From Callorhinchus milii (Eukaryota), in contig NW_024704793.1 of NCBI RefSeq assembly GCF_018977255.1, positions 248,001 through 312,000 of the forward strand: 64,000 nt of DNA, given 5' to 3'. The translations under genes were made by a program, and so were the position numbers. The notes beneath the pieces are model-generated. The model saw only the letters and a list, made by a program, of their open reading frames with translations. It did no database searches and was not told the origin of the DNA. Shown in pieces: positions 1 to 12,149 of this stretch (position 1 is its first letter; each line of letters begins with the position of its first letter).

Positions 1-59
1 TCCCTCTTTCGGCTGCAGATCATCCAGAACACGGCATCTCATGTCCTCTCCCTGTACAG

Positions 60-480
60 GGTCCGTGGCACTATTACGCCCATCCTCGCCCTACTCACAG
101 GCTTCCCGTCACACAGAGGATACTGTCCAAGATCCTCGTCCTTTCTTTATATGTGAGCGCTTAGAGTGCTCTGGCCTTCTTCAACCCCCCGACTCGCTCG
201 CCACACGCCTGTTGATAGGTATTCTGCCACTCTGCCCTCATCCTACGGAACACCATGCCGCAGTCCCAAATCCTCGCTCCCTCCCTTGCCTCCTTCAAGA
301 CCCATCTGAACACCCTCCTCTGCGACTGTGCTTTCTAACTCTCTGTTTCACGCCCGCCTGCCACTCTCCCCGATTCCGAACCCTAGCTCGGGTCCCAAAC
401 ATTGAGTGTCCATCGACTTGGGACATCATCCAGACGTGAAAGGCGCTTTACACATATGATGTTGTTGTTTTTGTTGTTGT
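60..480 (+). mobile_element. L2 LINE 3' fragment with stem-loop tail
   Basis: Resembles the 3' end of the long L2 at 20700-21176; ends in gggacatcatccagacgtgaaaggcgc followed by (ttg)n. Boundaries approximate. Confidence 0.75.
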
Positions 481-680
481 TGGCCTTTATTGTTATTATT
501 ATTAAGCGCTCGTAGAGACTGCCTTACGAATTTGAAGAATGTGCTAAACATCTCTGTTTCCTTTGTCTTCAGGTGCCTGTCGCTTTATACAGCAGATGAT
601 CTGTGAGTCCCGCCCACACGGCCACTTCCTCTTGTGGGTAAAAGTATAAGTAACAAACAGAGTAAAGAGCTGATGGTGAA

Positions 681-1094
681 ATGGCTTCCGTACAGGAACC
701 AGAGAACATGAGAACTGAAGCTGCTCGTTCAATCTCTCTGGAGTTTTACACGGTTCCGGTGACTGCAGACTGTGGGCACAACTTCTGCAGAGCCTGTACT
801 TTACAGAGTTGGGGCACAGTGTAAGGAACTGTGTCCTGTCCTCAGTGCAGGCAGTAGATTCCCCAGAGGAGTGTTCGGCCCAATCGCTTTGTGTCTAACA
901 TTGTGAAGAGTATTGAGAGACTGAGCCTGAATCCGAGACTGGAAGAGACGGGATACCAGTGTGAAGATCATGAGGAGAAGCTGAACCTGTTTTGTGAAAC
1001 GGAACAAAGATCGTTCTGTGGGCTCTGTGCCATGTCTCGTGATGACAAGGATCACACTGTAATTTCCATTAAGGAAGCGGGTGACCTCCACAAG
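681..1094 (+). pseudogene. TRIM-family RING + B-box exon, disrupted
   Basis: Frame from ATG 681: MAS..E...CGHNFCRAC...CPQCR...RPNRFVSNIVK...CEDHEEKLNLFC...C..C...DH.V, with donor AAG|GTATGG at 1094/1095. In-frame stops TAA 822-824 and TAG 855-857; the first RING CxxC is replaced by ARSIS. Confidence 0.9.
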
Positions 1095-1269
1095 GTATGG
1101 CATTTTGTAATAATCCTGACATTTATACAGCGTTGGGATACAGGAACAGGATTAGACCATTCAGTCTCTCAAGCCTGTTCCGCCACTCTATTAAATCATG
1201 ACTGATCTGTACCTCAACTCTAAATCCCCAAATGTGTGCATATCACTTTATAGTCTGACATAACAAAAG

Positions 1270-1510
1270 TCTAATCACCTCCGTCTTGAAAATTCAAATG
1301 GATCCAGCCATAATTCACAGCCTTTTTGTGTGAGGGAAATCCAGATTTCGAACACCATTTGCGGGAAAAAATACCTCCTTATTTCATTTATAAAGGCTTA
1401 CTTACAACTATAAAATGATATCCCTCGTTCTGGATTCTGCCAAAAAAAGTTAGTTTCCCCCGAGTTACCATCTCAAAATAATTTATCATTTCAAACACCT
1501 CAATCAGATC
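1270..1510 (-). mobile_element. CR1 LINE 3' fragment
   Basis: Reverse complement resembles the CR1 ORF2 C-terminus/3' region seen in other copies (e.g. 12150-12530). Boundaries approximate. Confidence 0.6.
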
Positions 1511-1804
1511 CACGCTCAAACTGCGAAACTCAATACAATACACACCCAGCTCATGGAAATTGTACTGACTGTGAATGTTGTGTAAAACTGGTCACAGAGC
1601 AGCAATCTCGCTTCCCTCTGGATCAGAAGTGTATGTGTTCAAACCCTGGTGCTGGCTCGGTTGCTGCCGCCATGTTAGGTAAATGCAGAAGGACTGAGCG
1701 GCCTTGCCATATGGCTGTGCTTATGCTGCAGAATGAAATATTACAGCGCTGTCAGACAAGTGGAATATAACAAACTAATAATAACGACGCTAGCCTTTCT
1801 CCCT

Positions 1805-2055
1805 GTTTATTTACAACAACAATATGATTACATTTTATAGCGCCTTTCATGTCGGGAAAACGTCCCAAGGCGCTGGACAGTGCACAGCCTTTCACACCCA
1901 AAGGGGGTGGCCGATGGCATGGTCGAAGTGGAGAGACTTGAGGCGGGACTTGAAGGAGGCTAAGGAGGAGGCGAGGTGGAGTGACTGGGGGATGGAATTC
2001 CAGAGGTTGGGGGCAGAGTGGCTGAAGGCTCTCCAGCCAATGGTGGGGCTGGTGG
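1805..2055 (-). mobile_element. L2 LINE 3' fragment
   Basis: Reverse-complement tail gcgcctttcatgtcgggaaaacgtcccaaggcgctg and matches to the L2 ORF2 C-terminus (ggaattccagaggttgggggc). Confidence 0.8.
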
Positions 2056-2069
2056 GTCTGTTCCTCTAG

Positions 2070-2540
2070 GTATGTGTGAATGTCTGCTGGAATGTCTCTC
2101 TGTATCTGCTTGTGAGAGCCTATGTGAGTCTCTCGCTCTCTCACTGTGTTTTTGAGTGTCTGTGTGGGTATTTCTCTCTCTATGTATATATGTTTATGAG
2201 TGTCATTATAAGTGTTTCTGGCTATGTGTTTCTGAGTGACCGTTTCAGTCCCTTTCTCTCTTCTCTGTGTGCATTTTTGAGTGTGTGTGTTTTGTGAGTG
2301 TGTGCATGAGACTCCCGCTCTCTCTCCCTCTCTCTGTGTTTGCGAGTATCTGTTTGAGTGTGTATCTATGTGTGTGGGTATCCGTGTGAGACTACTTCTC
2401 CGTGTCTATATATCACTGCCTGTGGGCTCTTTCTGTCCGTATGTGTATCTTACCCGCTTTGTATGTGTGTGTGTTTCTCTTACTTTATCTATCCCTCTCT
2501 CTGTCTGTGTGTGTTTCTGTGTTTTTTTGCCTGTGTAATG
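2070..2540. repeat. TG/TC low-complexity tract
   Basis: Degenerate (tg)n/(tc)n visible in sequence. Confidence 0.9.
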
Positions 2541-2869
2541 GATCCATAGATATCATTTTCTAGCAGAAAATTGTCTGATTGAACATTAATACAAAGGGCC
2601 TTTTAGTTATTTCCTGTTATGGACAAAATTCTCAACCGCTAAAGCTGCCTTTCTCCACGTCTTCCTGTTTAAGTGGAGAGTGGGGCGTGGCGTGGGGTGA
2701 TGGGGAAATAATTTATCTTGCATTCCTGGAGGCTCAAAATCATCCCGTGTCGTTTTTAAGTAGTTGGTGTCCAAAAATGAGTACAACTTACAAGCAATGT
2801 CAAGTTATTTTTCAAATTTGGTATTGTTCAGTTGTACCAAAGACTATAAAAGAGGTAACGTTCAGATCA

Positions 2870-3774
2870 AATCTGTAGGTTGAGTGACACACAAAGACAA
2901 AGACAGGCATGGAAAAACATAAACATACAGGGAGAAACAGGGAGAAATGGAGAAAGACAGAGACAATAAGAGACAAAAAGCAAACATACAGAGAGGCAGA
3001 GAAACAGAGAGACAAAGGTCGACATAGAGACACAGATAGAGGAACAAAGAGACAAACACAGATATAGGGAAACCGAGAGAGGAAAGAGAGAGAAATACAG
3101 AAATTGAGAGACAGAGTCAGGAACTAGAGACGAAGACAGACACAAAGAGACAGAGAGAGGAACAAAGAATCAAAGACAGACATGGAAAGGGATTGACACA
3201 AATAGACGAAGCCAATCAAAGAGAAAGGCACAAATAAGCAAAGTCAAACACGGAGAGAGAAAGAGACACAGAGCGACGCAAAAAAACAGATACAAACAGA
3301 AAGAGAGAGAGATAGAGAGAGAAAGAATGACTTGAATAGACCAATACAGAAATACAGAAAAACAGACAGAAACAAATAGATAAACGCAGCATTGAGTGAG
3401 ACAGACTGAGAGATATATAGACAAATGCAGATAGAGAAAGAGACAGAGAGACACACAAATAGACAGAGATAGGCGTGAAGAGAGAGACATACACACAGAG
3501 AGACAAGCACATTGATAGACAAAGAGAGCCACAAGGCGACAAAGACGGTCAGAGAGAAAGAGAGTTAAAGACACAAATACAGACATGGAGAGAGAGACAC
3601 AGGGAGAAACAGGGAGACACAAAAAACAAGATGCTGAGAGAGACGGCGAGACAAAGACAGTCATGGAGAGAGAAAGAAGCAGTGAAACAGACAAAATGAA
3701 TCATGGGGAGAGAGAGACACAGAGCGGCACAAAGAGACACAAATAGACAAGTAGGTCATGGAGAGAGAGAATGA

Positions 3775-3820
<46 letters not shown>

Positions 3821-4260
3821 AAGAGACATAGAGGGACAGAGAGATATAGAGAGAGAGAGAGCTCAGCACTGACTATCATCAAACATAAAAAAAACATGAG
3901 AAGCCTCTAACAGTTGTGCTATGAACAAATTCCGTGACCAAATGGAGAACAGAAATGGCTCTATTTCTGCAGTGTGGTTTTGCCGTTTCCTGATTTCCTG
4001 TTTCAGAATTTACTTCTGTGTTTTTCTCTCTAATAAGTACTTTTTGCACTTTCCCTCTTTTTCTCTCTTTCTTCTTTCGTCATTCAGTGCCTATCCAAAC
4101 TCCCTCTCGCACCTCATTCTATCCTCTCACTCGCCAAGTCAGGAGATGGATTGCAGTGAGAAAGAGAGATGGATAGAGATATGAGGGATTCACGGGATGG
4201 AATGGGCTGTGAGATGAAGATGAATAGAGACTTACATGCATATTTATCCATATGTCTACA
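2870..4260. repeat. GA-rich low-complexity block plus unique flank; copy 1 of a local duplication (copy 2 at 6370-7700)
   Basis: Shared unique text such as gaccaaatggaga.cagaaatggctctatt and aggagatggattgcagtgaga at 3935-4165 and 7410-7625. Confidence 0.8.
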
Positions 4261-4269
4261 TGGATACAG

Positions 4270-5800
4270 TCGCATACTCTCTCTCTCTCACACACACACA
4301 CAAACACACACATTCTCCTTCTCATACACAGAGAAACACGTACTCTCGCACACAGACACTGGCACGCAAACACACACACAGAAACATGCACTTTCACACA
4401 GACAATCGCAGACACATTCTCTCTCACACACAGAGACATGTGTACTCTCACACTCAGAGACACATGCTCTCACAGATACAAATATTGACACATTCTCTCA
4501 CACACAGACACATGCTCTCTCACATAGACAGACACATGCTCTCTTACACACACATACATATGTTGTCTCTCACACACATACACATGCTGCCACACATGCA
4601 GTCACATTCTCTGACACACACACATAAAAGATGCTCTCTAACAGAATCAGAAGCAGGCTTTCTCACACAAATAGACAGATGCTTTCTCTCATAAACACAA
4701 ATACATGCACACAAACATGCTTTCACACACACATATTCACATATTCTCTCACACACATACAGACGCATGATCTCTGACTCACACTAACACATGCTCTCTC
4801 ACACAAACAGACACATGCTCTTTCCCACACACACAGACGCATCTCTCTCACAAACAGACAGACATATGCTGTCTCAAACACATAGACAAATGCTCTCTAT
4901 CATAGACTCAAAAAACATCCTCTCACACACAGAAACATGCTCTGACACACATAGACACATATACCGCCCCACGCACAGACACATGCTCTCTCTCTCAAAT
5001 ACAAAACAAACATGCACATTCTCTCACACACACAGAAACATGATCTCTCACAGACAGACACATGCTCTCACCTACACCAACACAGACACATGCACTCTGA
5101 CAAACACACACACAGACATTCTCTCTCACACACACAAATACATGCTCTCTCACACACACAGACACATGCTCTCTCTCACACACAAACACAGATGCACTCT
5201 CACACACAAAGACACACATTCTCTCACACACACACAGAAGCATGCTCTCTCACACACACAGACACATTCTTTCTCACACACACAGACACATGCTTTCTCA
5301 CACACACAGAAACATGCTTTCACAACCACAGACACATGATCTCTCACACACAGACACATGCTCACACACACAGAAAAATATTCTCTCACAGACGAGGGCA
5401 CAGTTTCTCTCTCACACACAGACACATGCTCTCTCACAGATACAGACACATGCCCTTACACACACACATATACATGCGCTCTCTCTCACACACACAATAA
5501 ACACACACACACGCGTGCACATTCTCTCCCTCACACACACACCACATGCTCTCTCACACAGACAGACACATGCTCTCTCACACACACAGACATATGCTCT
5601 CTCTTACACACAGACATATGCTCTCCCTCACTAATCCTAATATATGCTCACAAACACAGAGACATGCTGTCATACACATATAGATACATGCTCTCTCTCA
5701 CACACAAACAGACACACTCTCTCACACACAGACTCACACTGTCTCACACACACAGACACTCCCTCATACACAGGCACACAATCTCTTACGCAGACAAATG
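4270..5800. repeat. Degenerate CA-rich minisatellite (unit like cacacagacacatgctctct)
   Basis: About 20-22 nt motif recurring across about 1.5 kb; explains the H/T/S-rich ORFs in the track. Confidence 0.9.
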
Positions 5801-5884
5801 AACGGATCAACATATTTTTATATTATTTCGGTCGTGGTCGTGAAGCTCCATCACTGCCACTTCTCGCTTTCCCCAAGTCCCCGT

Positions 5885-5904
5885 CTCCCTCTCCTTTTAC
5901 TTTC

Positions 5905-5958
<54 letters not shown>

Positions 5959-6000
5959 TCCTCTCTCTTTCTCACTCTCTTCCCTCTAACACTCCTCCCT

Positions 6001-6050
<50 letters not shown>

Positions 6051-6310
6051 CTCTCACTCTCTTACCTCTCACTCCCTCTTCCCTTTATCTCTCCTATCTC
6101 TCCTCCCTCTGCCAATTCTCTATATCTCCTCCCTCTCTCTCATGTTCCTCTCTTCACTCTATCTCTCATCTACCCCTCTCTCATCCTCTCTCTTTCCCAT
6201 CTATCTCTCCTCTTTTTTACATTTTCTGTCTCTATGCCTCATTTTCTCTGCCTTTGTCTCTCTGTCGCACTCCCCCCCCCCCCCCCCCCCCCACCCCACC
6301 CCAGTCTCCC
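5885..6310. repeat. CT-rich microsatellite / poly-C tract
   Basis: (ct)n runs and a long C run near 6270-6292. Confidence 0.9.
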
Positions 6311-6369
6311 TTTACATGTCTCTGCTTTGCATTGAACAGTAGAACCAGAGAATACGGCCTGCGATAGAA

Positions 6370-6712
6370 GGGATTACATTCAGAAGTAATCTGCAGAGAG
6401 AGTGAAACATACAGATAGAGACAAGCATGGAGATACAGAGACACATACAGAGAGAGAAAAATGCAGAAATAGAGAGAGACAGAGACAAGACCTGACAAAA
6501 AAACAAATATAAATATATAGAGCGAGAGAGACACAGAGAGACAAAGACAGACATAGAATGACAGTGAGAGGAACTGGAGACAAAAACAGACATGGAAAGG
6601 GAATGTCACAAATAGACAAAGCCAGTCAGTCAGAGAGAGAGCCACAAACAAGCAAAGTCAGACACGGAGAGAGAAGGACACACAGAGAGACACAAGCAGA
6701 CAGAGAGAGACG

Positions 6713-6746
<34 letters not shown>

Positions 6747-7700
6747 CATTTGAATAGACCAATACGGAAACAGAGAAAAACAGAGAGAAACAAATAGACA
6801 AGCACAGCATGGAGCGAGAGACTCGGAGAGACATAGAGATAAACACAGATATAGAAAGAGACAGGGAGACAAACAAATAGAAAAAGACAGACATGGAAAG
6901 AGAGAGACACACACACACACACACACAACGAGTCAAGCACAGGGACAGAGACAGAGACAGACAGAGAGAGAGACATTATACGACAAAGGCAGAGAGAAAG
7001 TCAAAGGCACAAATACAGACAAGGAGAGAGAGACACAGGGACACAATGGGACAAACACAGCCATGGAGCGAGACAGAGAGAGACAGAAATAGAGAAAAAT
7101 AGTCATGGATAGAGACAGAAACCGAGAGACACAGATAGATAGACAAAGGCAATCATGGAGCGAAAGACACAAAGAGCGACTCAAAGAAAAACAAATAGAC
7201 AAGGCAATCNNNNNNNNNNNNNNNNNNNNNNNNNNNNNNNNNNNNNNNNNNNNNNNNNNNNNNNNNNNNNNNNNNNNNNNNNNNNNNNNNNNNNNNNNNN
7301 NNNNNNNNNNNNNNNNNNNNNNNNNNNNNNNNNNNNNNNNNNNNNNNNNNNACAACAAACATAACAAAACGTGAGAAGACTTTGAAAGTTGTGATGAGAA
7401 CAAGTTCAGTGACCAAATGGAGACCAGAAATGGCTCTATTTTCACAGTGTGATTTGGGCACTTCCTACTTTCCTGTTGCAGAACTGACTTCTCTGTTTTT
7501 TCTCTGATATGTGTTTGCTGCCCTTTCTCTCTTAGTCACCTTCTTTCATCATTCAGTTACTATTAAAACCGTAAGCTCATGCAATCTCTCACTCCTCAAG
7601 TCAGGAGATGGATTGCAGTGAGATAAGAGCTGGATAGAGACATGAGGGATTCGAGGGATGGACGCGGGTGTAACATGGTGATGGATATAGACTTTGGCTC
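6370..7700. repeat. Copy 2 of the GA-rich block plus flank (spans the gap)
   Basis: See 2870-4260; period about 3.5 kb. Confidence 0.75.
7210..7351. other. Assembly gap (N run)
   Basis: Run of n characters. Confidence 1.
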
Positions 7701-8583
7701 GTCAGTGGATGGTTAGAGACTTGACAAGGCAGGAGATGGAGTGATGTCTGAGATGGTGATGGATAGAATATTGGATAGGTACTCGAAAATATATAAAATG
7801 CAAGGAGAGGGGAAAGATTGGGGGATTGGAACTGATTGGTAATGCTTCTGTGCTGTCAAATTCCATGAGTCTAAGAGGGGCAGCGCAGAGGATACATATA
7901 TAATAAATGGTAATTTGAGAATCATATTTGAAGGCGAAGTACAAGTCAATTCTGCAACCAGAAAGTAGGCAGTGACAGAGCTTGAAAGACAATCTACTCT
8001 GGGATCTTTATAAACATTGGATCACATCTGATGCAAGGTTCTCTCATTTCCTGGTGTGTGAGGCGTTGGCCAGATCCTCTCTATCTCAGTCTATCAGTAC
8101 CTCAGTTCTCTGTCTGTCTCTCGTTCTCATACTCTGCCTCGCGGAGCGTTCACACTTTTCTTTGTCTCTCTGTGTCTCACAGTCTTTCTTTGTTACTCTC
8201 TGTCTCTCAGTCTCTCATTGTCTCCGACTCTCACTCTCTCCCTGTTGCTCTGTCGCTCAGCTTCTCTCCCTGTCTCTCAGTCTCTCCCTGTCTCTCAGTC
8301 TCTCACTCCGTCACTCATTCTTTTCCTGTGTCTCTGACTCTCAGTCTCTCTGTCTCACTATCTCTCTGTGTCAGTCTCTCACTGTCCCTGACTCTCATTC
8401 TCTCCCTGTGTCTCTGTCGCTTAGTCTCTCTCTCGCTGGCACTCTCTGACACTGACTCCCTGTCTCTCAGTATCTCTGTCTTGTGGTGTGACCCACACCT
8501 TACAGGAATACCCTTGTACCAGCAGTGGAGCTGTGAAGGACAGAGCCCGTGTCCTGCCCACAATTGAGATCAGTCACTCCATC

Positions 8584-8629
8584 ATGTCATTCTGGTGGAT
8601 ATTCCTGTCTCTCTCTCTCCTGACTCCAG
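8584..8629 (+). CDS. IgSF receptor gene exon 1: signal peptide MSFWWIFLSLSLLTP(G)
   Basis: ATG 8584, hydrophobic 15 codons + G, strong phase-1 donor CAG|GTACGT, in frame with the V exon. Too short for the ORF track. Confidence 0.8.
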
Positions 8630-9143
8630 GTACGTGTCCACAGACCTGAGCGATCCTCGCTCTGCATTTTACACCAGGGGCTAACTTGTGTGGTGTGTTG
8701 TGCTGGTTATCAAAAGCTGACAATTTGTGCCGTGCGATGTGCTAAATCTACACCTGGATCAGTTGATCGCAGACCATCACGTCTTCGAGACAGAAGATTG
8801 TGGTTTTCAGCCCCCCCCCCCCCCCACGAGACACCCCATTCCACGCCACATACAAAAATTGTTGGGGGGTGGGTTTGAACTCACAGCCCAGCCTGACCCT
8901 CCGGCGCAGCCTTGGGGGGAGAGACAGCCGAATTTGTAGAGACGTTGAACCTCGCTCACAGAGAAAGTGAGAGAGGTAGAGAAAGAATCAGAAATAAATA
9001 GATATTCCTGTTCTTCTGAGCTTTGAGTCACACTCCCTGCCCTCCCAGCCATCCAGCCTCCTGATTTTTACCCCAAGATTACATCTGTGTATGGAGGATG
9101 TTAAAGATTTTTCACGGCGCTGTCTGGAATAGAGAAAGGAGTT

Positions 9144-9184
<41 letters not shown>

Positions 9185-9444
9185 ATGATCACTTGATGTA
9201 CATGAAAGACACCATGGCTTGGTCACTTCACGGTTGTTTGCGGGGAAGACGCTGTATGCAATTAGTTACCGCTTTGGCCTGCAAAACACAGTCACTACAC
9301 TTTGCTATGTTCATGTAAGCGCTTTAAGTTGTGAAAGGGTCTGTGTGAAAGTTAGCATTTGCTCTGATGATTTCAGTCTCCGTTGTACTTCCTTATTTGG
9401 CTTTGAGTGAGGAGAGGAGAGATGGTCTCTCACCATCAGTTTGC

Positions 9445-9534
9445 TGATAAGACCCGCCATGGCACTTCCTGTTACACAGGACATGAGAGGCCTTACTTCT
9501 GTCTCCCCACAAACAGTCACCAGCCACAACCACA
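9445..9534. promoter_or_regulatory. Candidate GATA-ETS-RUNX intronic element
   Basis: TGATAA 9445-9450, CACTTCCTGTT 9463-9473, AACCACA 9528-9534. Motif match only. Confidence 0.3.
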
Positions 9535-10097
9535 AACTGCATTTGCAATGTGACTCTTGAAGTCGGGAGAACGTCTCAAGGTAGTAAACGATCTGAGACG
9601 TTGCCCTGAGTGAGGGGCGCTATGTCAGTGCAAGTTGTTGCTGTTGTTCAACAAAGAGGGTTTTTACCTGGGCTGGGGGTTGGGATCAGGAGGGATGGAG
9701 GGCACGGAGGGCAGCAGAGTGATCGAAGGCACAGTAGAAGAGGAAGCTCTCTATCTTCTCCAGCTATCTCTATATCTCTCTCTTTCCCTGTCGCTTTCAC
9801 TTTGTGTCTCTCTCCTCCTTTTTCTCCCACTCTTTCCCTCTCTCTCGTTCCCTTCATCTCCACCTTTTTCCTTCCTCGCTCTTTCCTGCATCGATACTTC
9901 TATTCGCCTCTCACACTATTTCATCTTCTACTTCCCTCTGTGTCTCTCTCTCTTTCTCTTTCTTTCCCTATCTTTCCCTGCATCCGCCTCTTTTGTCCCC
10001 CTCACCCTTTCCCTATCTTTTGATTCTGGCTTCCTCTGACACTCCTTCTACCTCTGTGATGTGCTGTTTATCACAACCTACATCATATTTGCAGTCC

Positions 10098-10430
10098 TGC
10101 AGCTCAGCGGTTAGAGCTCTCGCCTCTGAATTGAGAGCTCTGGGTTCAATTCCTGGTAGGGCTAAATGTTGGGCAAGTTTCCTTATTTCACGCACACGCC
10201 ACTGCTTACCTCGCAGGTAGTAGGAGCACGATTTTTAGTTGTTGGGCGGATCTCTTTTCCTGGGTTTAATAATTCCTTTAAAAAATATATAATAAACTAT
10301 TCACTCAATCCGTGACCGTTTGTGGGACATTGCTGTGCGCAATTGGCTGCTGTGTTTCGAGCACAAAATTGGCAGTCAAGTCGCTTCACAGTACATTCTG
10401 TAAAGCGCTTTTAGACTCATTGAGCACTTT
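10098..10430 (+). mobile_element. tRNA-derived SINE with L2-type tail
   Basis: A-box-like cagctcagcggttagagc, B-box-like ggttcaattcc, family core gggcaagtttcctta and tgtgggacattgctgtgcgcaattggctgc. An orthologous copy is in the inverted duplicate at about 62170-62430. Confidence 0.85.
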
Positions 10431-10579
10431 ATACTGTTCTATAACTAATGCGAGAATTAGAATTATGACAATACGCTGTGTGTTGCGCTAATGATCCCGA
10501 GGAGCAGAATTCGCGCTTTGTCTGTGTATTAGGTGAGGAATGTTTCTCAGTCTCTCTCCCGTTTATCTCCTGTTTGCAG

Positions 10580-10939
10580 GATCTTCGGGAAGTGATACGA
10601 GCGTCAGTTATGTGGTGTCTAACGGCTCCAGCGCTGTCTTACTGCCCTGCTCTGCTGAGGCTGGGAAGAGATTCAAAGTCGCTGTATGGGAATGTATCAC
10701 AACCCCATGGAGAGAAGGGTACAGCTTGTGTGAGATAACTGAAAACCAACCTGTGTGTAATTCCCCACATCACACGGAGTTATCAGTGGCTGATTCCAAC
10801 GCATTCCAGTCAGGGAATGTCTCCCTGTTACTCACACCCACAATGAGCCAGGCTGGGGAGTATCACTGTAATGTTTATAAAGGAGAGAAGGGAAACAAAC
10901 GTGTGTATAAATCCATCATCCATCTGATAGTGTTTCACG
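10580..10939 (+). CDS. IgSF receptor gene exon 2: V-type Ig domain
   Basis: Acceptor tgtttgcag|G, donor CACG|GTGAGT, 360 nt phase 1-1. LPC...W...GNVSLLL...AGEYHC with an extra Cx8C pair. Confidence 0.93.
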
Positions 10940-10979
10940 GTGAGTTAGTGCAAAGACCCGAAAGATCCCTTGACATGTG

Positions 10980-11031
<52 letters not shown>

Positions 11032-11473
11032 TCACTCAGTCTTTCTCTCTCACTCATTCTCTCTCACATTTACTCTTTCGCGGTCTCGATATCAGTCTCC
11101 CTGTCTTGCTTCTTTTTTTCTTTCTTTCTTTCTTTCTTTCTTTCTTACTTTCTTTCTTTCTTTCTTTCTGTCTTTCTTTCTGTCTTTCCTTCTTTCTTTC
11201 ATTTATTTAATCATTGCCTCTTCATTTATTCATTTGTCTCTAGCACTCTCTCTCTGTGTTTTATTGTTTTTCTGTCTTGCAGTCTGCCTATCTTTCTTTC
11301 AGTCTCTACTTCTCCTTTTCTTCCTCCATGTCAGTCTTTTTTTTCTCTGTCTAACTTTCTCTCTCTTTCAGTCTTTTTCTCTCACATATTGTCTCTGACA
11401 TTTTCTCTTTCTCTGCTCTATATCAGTCTCTCTATCTTGCTTTTATCTTTCTTTCTTTCTTTCTTTCCCTATT

Positions 11474-11516
<43 letters not shown>

Positions 11517-11696
11517 CTCTCTATGTCCCTCATAGAGAAAGTGATAAGACGTCCGTCAATGCAGTGAGTTTGGCAGACCAGTGTCAGATACAGTTAATCT
11601 TCAGACTCTGAATGTTCCTGCGGTAAGTCATGTTGGAATAAGTTTTAGTTAATGGTTTTGACTGTGTCCCCTTGTCTGTCTCCTATCTCTCCGCAG

Positions 11697-12005
11697 TGTC
11701 TGTGTCTGCTGATAACTCTCTGACCCCGGGTGGCCGGCTGGCTCTGACCTGTAACATCTCTCACCCTGGTTATTTTAACACCACACCCACAATACATACA
11801 AACGGCTCAATCACTGCAGGGAGAATTGAGGTGCTGTGGACACACAATGGAAATGTGATTATCAGTGACACTCGTCACTGCGTGGATCTCAGAAGCTTAA
11901 ACATCAGCAAAGTTCAACAAACAGATTCCGGATCATATCGCTATAATATCAAGATAAAAGATTTCACCCCGTCCTACCAGAAAATTTACGTGACCGTTCT
12001 ATCAA
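11697..12005 (+). CDS. IgSF receptor gene exon 3: C2/I-type Ig domain
   Basis: Acceptor ctatctctccgcag|TG, donor TCAA|GTAAGT, 309 nt phase 1-1. LTC...W.HNG...LNI.KVQQTDSGSY; the F-strand Cys position is Tyr. Confidence 0.9.
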
Positions 12006-12149
12006 GTAAGTGGGAGCACACGCCATCCCTTTGTCTTTGTCCCTCTCTCTTATTCCATTCACTATCTATCAGTTTTTTCCTTCTGCCCTGATGGATCTCC
12101 ATCTGTCTCTCGATCTTTCTCTTTCTGTGTCTGTTTCTCTCTCTGCTCC

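Noticed and set aside
2076-7461. Many 60-230 aa ORFs rich in S/L/C/V or H/T/R
   Set aside because: They are translations of (tc)n, (tg)n, (ga)n and (ca)n tracts in several frames and on both strands, with no domain motifs.
9459-9560. Perfect Kozak ATG (ccgccATGg) as the receptor start
   Set aside because: The frame closes at TGA and is not signal-peptide-like; 8584-8629 fits far better.
10098-10170. tRNA genes at SINE heads (also about 31010-31070 and 44389-44450)
   Set aside because: They have A/B boxes but no cloverleaf and continue into the SINE core and tail.
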